From the NCBI GenBank assembly GCA_038131935.1, contig JAYPQH010000033.1:1-64000 (forward strand): a stretch of 64,000 nt of DNA, given 5' to 3'. This document shows, piece by piece, positions 57,293-64,000 of this stretch. Each line of letters starts with the position of its first letter. Within the stretch, counting starts at the first letter, position 1. The notes beneath the pieces are model-generated. The model saw nothing but the letters and a program-made list of their open reading frames with translations. It had not been told where the DNA came from and made no database searches. The position numbers and the translations under genes are program-made. This DNA is from Alphaproteobacteria bacterium. Lineage in GTDB: Bacteria; Pseudomonadota; Alphaproteobacteria; UBA8317.

Positions 57293-57885
57293 ATTCCAGC
57301 CCCATAACGTTTTTCATCCATCACATCACGAACTGGACCTAATGCTTTTGCATAAGCCACAAATAAATTTAATGTATATTCCATGCGGCTTGGTAGCCAT
57401 GAAGGTATTTTTTCATGGGGTTGATCCAGTTCAAGATGCTAGACATTTTTGAGGATCAAATGTTCGGGTATCCAATTTAATTTGGTATTTTTGTATCCGC
57501 TCATGCGTAACTCACTTACAGGATACGTACCTCCCGTGCCGGAGGAGATAGAAATGATAAGGCCTGGTTTATGAGCCAACTCTCCATCAGAGCAGAGCAA
57601 AAAAATATTTTTTAAATGAGGCGTCACCATACCATTATATTCTGGTGTGATAAACACAAAGCCTTCCGCTTGTGTGAAGCGACGAGAGACTGGTGGCCAA
57701 ATTTCTCCCCAAATTCCTTTGAGGCTTCCTTTATCCTCATCCCAAAACGGTAGATGTGTTTGAGATAAATCAAGGATGTCAGTATCTATCTTTTTTTGTG
57801 CAAGCATTTGTTGCACGATGGCCCCAACCCGTGATGATTGCGCTCTTGTACGATTAGAGCCCGTCACAATCATGATAGGTCCCAT
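57289..57885 (-). CDS. NADPH-dependent FMN reductase interrupted by an in-frame TAG at 57439-57441
   Basis: GS.R, TPEYNG...LKN and ELAHKP. The same frame stays open for 49 codons after the TAG, to a TGA overlapping the next GTG. Confidence 0.8.
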
Positions 57886-57935
57886 GATAATATCCTTTCA
57901 CATATTTGGTAGTGATGTTGACGTCACGGCACCAA

Positions 57936-58934
57936 CTATTCACCGCGAAGCGCATCCTCATACCCGTTTATTAAAAGTTTAACACCCTCTGCAAAAGGCA
58001 TGTTGGGCTCCCATCCCAATAATGACTTTGCGAGGGTATTGTCGTAATAAAGATTTTCCCCGGCAGGCAAACGAACACGTCCATCATCTTGAACATAGTC
58101 GATATCCTGATGAAGGCCAGACACCTGCATAACGGTGTTTATAATGTCAACCAGGCTAAGGCTTTTACCTCCAGAGATGTTGACGGTCATATTTTCTTTC
58201 TGTTCATCGAAAGCCATACAAATGGCGCGGGCGACATCACCAGCATACACAAAATCTTTGCTCTCACGACCATCACCGAAAATTTGTGGTTTTAATCCAG
58301 ATCTCAAACGTTCGTAGGTATCAATGATGTAAAGGGCATTGGCTGCGCGGCGATGTTGGTGCTCACCATACACGGTAGAAAAGCGGAGATTGGCAAAGGG
58401 CAATCCATGTTGTGCGTGGTAAAGTTTACATAATTGTTCGCCTATGAGCTTGCTGGCGCCATAAGCAACAGCGCCGGGTGGTACCTGATGGGTATTTAGT
58501 GGTTTGGTTTCATCAATCGCACCTCCAATACCAAACCCATATGTTGCGCTTGAGGATGCAAAAACAACCTTTTGAACTTGATGCATCACAGCTGCATTCA
58601 AAAAGTTTATATGCCCAGTAATATTAACCTCCAAGCCACTTTGTGGGTTTTCGGACATGCCAAGGCTCATGTAGGCCGCGAGGTTAACGGCAAGGTCAAT
58701 GCCTTCCATGGCCTTATTGATTTCAGCGGGTTGCGTGAGGTCTCCAGATAATAAAGTCACATGGGGATGCTCTTTTAAGGCTCCGAGTGAATCTTTGCTG
58801 TCAAATCGTAGCGGATCAAAAACCAAAATGCGACCAGCATTCTGCTGGACAAGTTTTTTGGTCAAATGTGCACCGACCAGCGAGGCACCACCTGCAATGA
58901 GGATATTCTTGCCAACAATGTAAGGACATTCCAT
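57936..58934 (-). CDS. NAD-dependent epimerase/dehydratase
   Basis: GGASLVG, NLAA, ASSS..YG, YGASK and DFVY..DVA. Confidence 0.9.
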   Translation of the reverse strand: MECPYIVGKNILIAGGASLVGAHLTKKLVQQNAGRILVFDPLRFDSKDSLGALKEHPHVTLLSGDLTQPAEINKAMEGIDLAVNLAAYMSLGMSENPQSGLEVNITGHINFLNAAVMHQVQKVVFASSSATYGFGIGGAIDETKPLNTHQVPPGAVAYGASKLIGEQLCKLYHAQHGLPFANLRFSTVYGEHQHRRAANALYIIDTYERLRSGLKPQIFGDGRESKDFVYAGDVARAICMAFDEQKENMTVNISGGKSLSLVDIINTVMQVSGLHQDIDYVQDDGRVRLPAGENLYYDNTLAKSLLGWEPNMPFAEGVKLLINGYEDALRGE

Positions 58935-58991
58935 AGTTCTTTTCCTTTCCATATATTTGTATCTCTGTATGAAAAAATTGAGGAAATCAGT

Positions 58992-60332
58992 ATGAATTTA
59001 TTCTCCATGTTGAACCATCGTGAGGCCGGTGGCCAGCCTATACGTGTTGGTATGATCGGTGCAGGAAAATTTGGTTCCATGTATGCGGCACAAGCGGTGC
59101 GAACACCCGGTATCCATCTCGCGGCTATTGTTGATTTAGATCCATCAAGGGCCAGAGAAAATCTTTCGCGTGTAGGATGGGATGAAAATATATTCAGCAT
59201 GGCTGATTTAGAAACAGCCCTACAAAAGCGTGGTTGTTGGATCACAGACAATGCTGCAAAGGTGATAGAAGACCCAAGGCTTGATGTGATTGTAGAGTGT
59301 ACAGGACATCCCTCAGCCGCCATTGAACATTGTTTGATGGCATTTGCAGCCCAAAAGGATATCATCAATGTAACGGTAGAAGCCGACGCGTTCTGTGGAC
59401 CTATCTTGGCGCAGAAGGCCCGAGAAGCAGGTGTGATTTACTCATTGGCTTATGGTGATCAGCCAGCATTGGCATGTGAATTGGTCGATTGGGCACGGAC
59501 GTCGGGATTCCCTGTTATTGCTGCGGGTCGTGGCCATAAATGGTTGCCCCATTACCGACAATCAACCCCAGAAACGGTTTGGGATCATTGGGGCTTAACA
59601 GCCGAGCAAGCGGCACGGGGTGGTCTCAACCCCAAAATGTTCAATGCTTTTTTGGATGGAAGCAAACCGGCTATTGAGTGTGCCGCTATTGCCAACGCCA
59701 CGGGCCTTTATGCACCACAAGATGGCTTATCATATCCACCTGGATCCGCTGATGACATTCCAACATTGATGCGACCAAAAGAATTAGGTGGTGTGTTGGA
59801 GCGAAGAGGCTTGGTTGAATGTGTCTCTTCTATCACGCGAGAAGGTGTGCCAATTGCGAATGATCTTCGAAAAGGGGTTTGGGTCTCGATCGAGGCAGAT
59901 ACGGATTACATCAAACATTGTTTTGAGGAATATAAGGTGGTTACCGACCCTTCAGGCCGTTTTATGAGCGCACATAAAAAATGGCACCTCATCGGTCTCG
60001 AATTGGGGGTCTCTGTGGCTTCAGTTGTTTTACGCCGAGAGGCAACAGGAAATGCTGTATGTTTTCATGCAGATGCTGTTGCGCGAACAAAACGGCCATT
60101 GGCGAAAGGTGAGCTACTAGATGGTGAGGGTGGTACGACTGTTGCTGGCCATCTCATGAATGCCTCAGATTCACTTGCAAGAAATGCCTTACCTTTAGGG
60201 TTGGCACATGATGTGGTTCTGATACGTAACCTGCCGCAGGACGCAATTGTAACATGGGATGATGTTCAAATTACACATTCAACATCAGCCATGAAATTGC
60301 GTAGAGAATTGGAAAATTCGTTCAAAGCATAA
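58992..60332 (+). CDS. Homoserine-dehydrogenase-like NAD(P) oxidoreductase with a C-terminal SAF domain
   Basis: IGAGKFG, ECTG, AYGDQP, DG.K.AIE, LDGEGG and LPLGLA. Confidence 0.85.
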   Translation: MNLFSMLNHREAGGQPIRVGMIGAGKFGSMYAAQAVRTPGIHLAAIVDLDPSRARENLSRVGWDENIFSMADLETALQKRGCWITDNAAKVIEDPRLDVIVECTGHPSAAIEHCLMAFAAQKDIINVTVEADAFCGPILAQKAREAGVIYSLAYGDQPALACELVDWARTSGFPVIAAGRGHKWLPHYRQSTPETVWDHWGLTAEQAARGGLNPKMFNAFLDGSKPAIECAAIANATGLYAPQDGLSYPPGSADDIPTLMRPKELGGVLERRGLVECVSSITREGVPIANDLRKGVWVSIEADTDYIKHCFEEYKVVTDPSGRFMSAHKKWHLIGLELGVSVASVVLRREATGNAVCFHADAVARTKRPLAKGELLDGEGGTTVAGHLMNASDSLARNALPLGLAHDVVLIRNLPQDAIVTWDDVQITHSTSAMKLRRELENSFKA

Positions 60333-60495
60333 ACTTTTTTGAGAGAGTATAAAAATATATATCTATATATTGTTACTTATATAGAACATTATTCCATATT
60401 AGGCCGCAAGCATCGTCGTGATCTTGACGCAATCTTGTTTTTATCGCTTTCGATTTACATTGTTCACTTTAGTTTTGAAAAAGGGAGATCACGCC

Positions 60496-61788
60496 ATGAG
60501 TGCAGCAAAACAGCATCCAGAGACGATCGGGTTACACGCGGGATGGCGTGCTGATCCAACCACGGGTTCAGTAGCAGTGCCCATTCACCAGACAACGAGT
60601 TATCAGTTTCGTGATACGCAACATGCCCAAAATCTTTTCTCATTGTCAGAATTGGGTAACATATACACCCGAATTATGAATCCAACCAACGATGTTCTAG
60701 AACAGCGAGTTGCAGCCTTAGAAGGTGGTGTAGCTGCGCTGGCGGTGGCTTCTGGGCAAGCTGCTTCTGCCATGGCTATTCAAAACCTTGCGAAGGTTGG
60801 GGACAATATTGTCAGCTCAACAGATCTTTATGGTGGAACATGGAACTTGTTTGCCAACACATTAAAAGATCAGGGTATCGAAGTCCGGTTTGTTGACCCA
60901 ACAGATCCTGAAGCTTTCGAGAAAGCAACAGACGAAAGAACGAGAGCCTATTATGCTGAAACCTTGCCAAACCCGAAGTTGCATGTTTTTCCAATTGCGG
61001 AGGTCGCAGAAATTGGACGTCGCCATGGGATTCCATTGATCATGGACAACACAGCTGCGCCTGTAACATGTCGTCCGTTTGATCATGGTGCTGCTATCAT
61101 TGTTTACTCGGCGACCAAATTTATTTCCGGACATGGAACTTCCATTGGTGGTCTTATCGTTGATGGTGGAAATTTTGATTGGGAAGCAGCAGGTTCAAGG
61201 CAGCCAGCATTGAATACCCCTGATCCATCTTACCATGGCGCTGTTTGGACCGAGGCTGTAAAGCCCATGGGTCCGGTTGCTTACATCATCAAAGCGCGCA
61301 CAACATTGCTTCGTGACCTTGGTGCTGCGCTTAGTCCATTCAATGCATTCATGGCATTGCAAGGGCTTGAGACATTGGCATTGCGTATGAAAGCACATAG
61401 TGAAAACGCTGCAGCTGTTGCTGCATTCCTTGCAGATCATGCCAAGGTATCTCGCGTGATTTACCCGGGTGTTCAGGATGGATTGTCACGTTCACGTGCA
61501 GATAAATACCTCACCAGAGGTTTTGGTGGTCTTCTAGGGTTTGAGCTTGAAGGTGGTGTTGAAGCTGGCCGCAAGTTCATTGACGCGCTCGAATTGTTAT
61601 ACCATGTTGCCAACATAGGCGATGCGCGTTCACTTGCTATTCACCCAGCAAGCACGACGCATTCTCAGCTTAATGAAGACGAGCAACAAAAATCAGGTGT
61701 GACACCAGGTTATGTGCGGCTTTCAATAGGTATCGAACATATCGATGACATCATTGGGGACCTTAGCCAAGCGCTAGATAAGGCATGA
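60496..61788 (+). CDS. metY: O-acetylhomoserine aminocarboxypropyltransferase (sulfhydrylase)
   Basis: [29 protein letters not shown] and [19 protein letters not shown]. Confidence 0.93.
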   Translation: MSAAKQHPETIGLHAGWRADPTTGSVAVPIHQTTSYQFRDTQHAQNLFSLSELGNIYTRIMNPTNDVLEQRVAALEGGVAALAVASGQAASAMAIQNLAKVGDNIVSSTDLYGGTWNLFANTLKDQGIEVRFVDPTDPEAFEKATDERTRAYYAETLPNPKLHVFPIAEVAEIGRRHGIPLIMDNTAAPVTCRPFDHGAAIIVYSATKFISGHGTSIGGLIVDGGNFDWEAAGSRQPALNTPDPSYHGAVWTEAVKPMGPVAYIIKARTTLLRDLGAALSPFNAFMALQGLETLALRMKAHSENAAAVAAFLADHAKVSRVIYPGVQDGLSRSRADKYLTRGFGGLLGFELEGGVEAGRKFIDALELLYHVANIGDARSLAIHPASTTHSQLNEDEQQKSGVTPGYVRLSIGIEHIDDIIGDLSQALDKA

Positions 61789-61862
61789 ACAAAAAACCCC
61801 TCTAGGCAAAATTGCTATAACTGATACAGTTTCACCTCTTGTTAATGGACCAGGAGGTGAAA

Positions 61863-62770
61863 ATGACAACTTATGGGTTTGTAGGTCTCGGAAACATGGG
61901 CGGTCCCATGGCAGAGCATCTTATCGAGGCGGGACTAGATGTCCTCGTTTTCGATGCGTTGGAAGCAAGCATGGAACCGTTCAAAGGACGGGCCAAAATA
62001 GCCACCTCTCTGGAGGAAATGGGTGCGCAGGCGGATGTCGTTTTTTTGTCACTGCCAACACCTCAATTGTTGAAAAAGTCTGCCTTGGGGAAGGTGGATT
62101 TCATCAGGCGAGCCGCACCAAAATCATTTTTGATTTATCAACAACGGGATCAGAAATGGCTGCCTCAATTCAAGAGCAACTCGCGTCTTCAGACATTGTC
62201 ATGATGGATGCTCCTGTATCCGGTGGCACAGGTGGTGCCAAGAAAGGAACTTTGGCGGTCATGATTTCTGGCCCCAAAAAATATTTTGATGAACATCATA
62301 AAGCATTATCTTGCTTTGGGACTCCATTTTATGTGGGTAATCAACCGGGCCTCGCCCAAACCATGAAGCTTGCGAACAATATTCTTTCAGCTGCATCCAT
62401 GGCCGTTACATCTGAGGTTATGGCATTTGGTGTGCGGGCAGGTTTGAACCCTGATGTGATGTTGTCGATTATAAATAGTGGGACGGGTAGGAATACCGCA
62501 ACGGCCGATAAATTTCCAAGGGGTGTGGTCAATCGTTCGTTTGGCTTCGGCTTTGCCGCTGGACTCATGACCAAAGATGCTCGTCTTTTTGGTGAGGAAG
62601 CACGCGCCCAAGAAATGAACCTTCCTGTTGCCGAGGCTGTTATTGCGACCTGGAATCGTATGGTAGACGAAATAGGTGCTGAAGCAGACTTTACCCAAGT
62701 CGTGCAATTGATGGAGGGTGATTACGATCTTGTGGTTTCTTCTGACAGCAACCCTGTGAAGGAGGATTGA
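61863..62770 (+). CDS. 3-hydroxyisobutyrate/6-phosphogluconate dehydrogenase family oxidoreductase (indel near 62065)
   Basis: GFVGLGNMGGPMA and SLP, then DAPVSGG, MKLANN and F...LM.KD in the second frame; GGAGG RBS. Confidence 0.88.
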
Positions 62771-62772
62771 CG

Positions 62773-63573
62773 ATGGCTGGTGACGTCTACGAAATCTATG
62801 CCATCAAATATGGTGATCATCCTGAGCGGAAAGCTCAGGAGAATTTTCTTTTTGGTGACAAAAGCCATGACTTTATGCCCATTGATTACTTCGTCTGGGT
62901 GATCACCAATAATGAGCGCACGATTATGGTTGATACAGGGTTTTCCAAAGAGACAGCGGAACTTAGAGGGCGTAATTTTTTGAGATGCCCAGCTGAATCT
63001 CTCAAATTGATCAATGTAAACCCAGACAGATTAACCGACATTGTCATCACGCACCTACATTATGATCATGCTGGTAATCCTGATTTGTTCCCTCATGCAC
63101 GTTATCATATTCAAGACCGGGAAATGTCTTATGCGACTGGTCGTTGCATGTGTCATGCGAGCATGCGCCATGCTTTTGCTGTTGATGATGTTACCTCTAT
63201 GGTTCAAAAGGTGTATGCAGGGCGTGTGCAATTTCACGACGGTACGTCACAGTTGGCACCCGGTATCATGCTTCATCATGTTGGTGGACATACCTCTGGT
63301 CTACAAGTTTTACGCGTGAACACAAACCGTGGTCAGGTCGTGGTTGCCTCAGATGCAAGCCATATGTACGCCAATATGGAACAAGGCCGCCCCTTCCCAA
63401 TTATCTACAATCTTGGTGATATGTTGGAAGGGCATCAAACCTGCTATCGTTTGGCTTCATCATCTGACCATGTCATCCCAGGCCATGACCCACTGGTATT
63501 AAAGAAATATCCTGCCCCATCGGCGGCACTGGAGGGCATTGTGGCACGTTTGGACGTTTCCCCTACCTCATAG
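62773..63573 (+). CDS. Metallo-beta-lactamase fold lactonase (N-acyl homoserine lactonase family)
   Basis: VDTG, THLHYDHAG (HxHxDH), GGHT.G, ASDA.H and PGHDP. Confidence 0.88.
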   Translation: MAGDVYEIYAIKYGDHPERKAQENFLFGDKSHDFMPIDYFVWVITNNERTIMVDTGFSKETAELRGRNFLRCPAESLKLINVNPDRLTDIVITHLHYDHAGNPDLFPHARYHIQDREMSYATGRCMCHASMRHAFAVDDVTSMVQKVYAGRVQFHDGTSQLAPGIMLHHVGGHTSGLQVLRVNTNRGQVVVASDASHMYANMEQGRPFPIIYNLGDMLEGHQTCYRLASSSDHVIPGHDPLVLKKYPAPSAALEGIVARLDVSPTS

Positions 63574-63581
63574 CCTGATGT

Positions 63582-64000
63582 CTAATCAGTGAGAACAAGT
63601 CCTTCGCGGCGCATGTCTGTTGCGCCGCGAAGCCCATGATGATCGATAATAATAGCACCAAGGCCTGAATTCATATCCCGTATCGATACAGAGTGACCGC
63701 GCGCTTCTAATCTTGGGCCTAAGAATACATATCCCGAGCCCTTTTCAATTTCTGTTTTGCCATTTCGGTTCACAATATGACCCATGTTCAGAGCATCGGT
63801 AGGTTCTAATCCCCAATCAATCATATTGATCAATGCCAATGTGACATAGCCTATAATCCGTGATCCTCCAGGCGATCCTAAAAGAATATGCGGTTTTCCA
63901 TCTTCAAGCGTAATAACAGGTGTCATGGATGAGCGGGGTCTTTTGTAAGGAGCTACCGCATTGGCAATGGGTCTACCATCTCTTTGGGATTGAAAGCTAA
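63582..64000 (-). CDS. ggt: Gamma-glutamyltransferase, C-terminal part (runs off the window)
   Basis: AN.V.P.KRPRSSMTP, GSPGGSRII, NSGL and G.TD.RREG. Confidence 0.9.
   Translation of the reverse strand, partial: SFQSQRDGRPIANAVAPYKRPRSSMTPVITLEDGKPHILLGSPGGSRIIGYVTLALINMIDWGLEPTDALNMGHIVNRNGKTEIEKGSGYVFLGPRLEARGHSVSIRDMNSGLGAIIIDHHGLRGATDMRREGLVLTD

Noticed and set aside
51138-63573. Vitamin B6 degradation pathway (GMC oxidase, lactonase, class II aldolase-fold decarboxylase, SSADH)
   Set aside because: The resemblance is at family level only. The ring-cleaving flavin monooxygenase and the alpha/beta amidohydrolase are absent, and the genes are not in one operon.
62773-63573. Quorum-quenching role for the lactonase
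   Set aside because: The HxHxDH fold alone does not specify AHL substrates, and the context (downstream of a dehydrogenase, no luxI/luxR) suggests metabolism.

Overview
Chromosomal segment of an alphaproteobacterium, probably near the replication origin, as judged from gene order and protein sequences. It contains the mnmG(3' end)-rsmG-parA-parB / holA-lptE-leuS block with two intragenic parS sites, then a porin, ftsK-lolA, a glutamine-synthetase-family gene, purH, thiD, glnK-amtB, ribA and ubiH. Next come a phnCDE-type ABC transporter divergent from a lone phnM-like gene (no C-P lyase in the window), xth, cnoX/ybbN, tRNA-Gly(GCC) and mutM-rpsT-dnaA-dnaN-recF-gyrB. The right half has an indolepyruvate oxidoreductase, PBP1A, phaZ, senC/regB-regA, an inverted-domain (NewPHL-like) photolyase, and a patchwork of catabolic enzymes ending in a partial ggt. 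At least 11 genes, several of them essential, carry single-base indels (mostly in short runs), which points to uncorrected long-read errors rather than pseudogenes. I found no mobile elements, CRISPR arrays, rRNA or recognisable riboswitch. The best candidate for an undescribed system is the Pho-box-associated phnDCE/phnM-only module, which has a hairpin that occludes the phnC ribosome-binding site. All calls come from reading the sequence by eye; no database searches were run.
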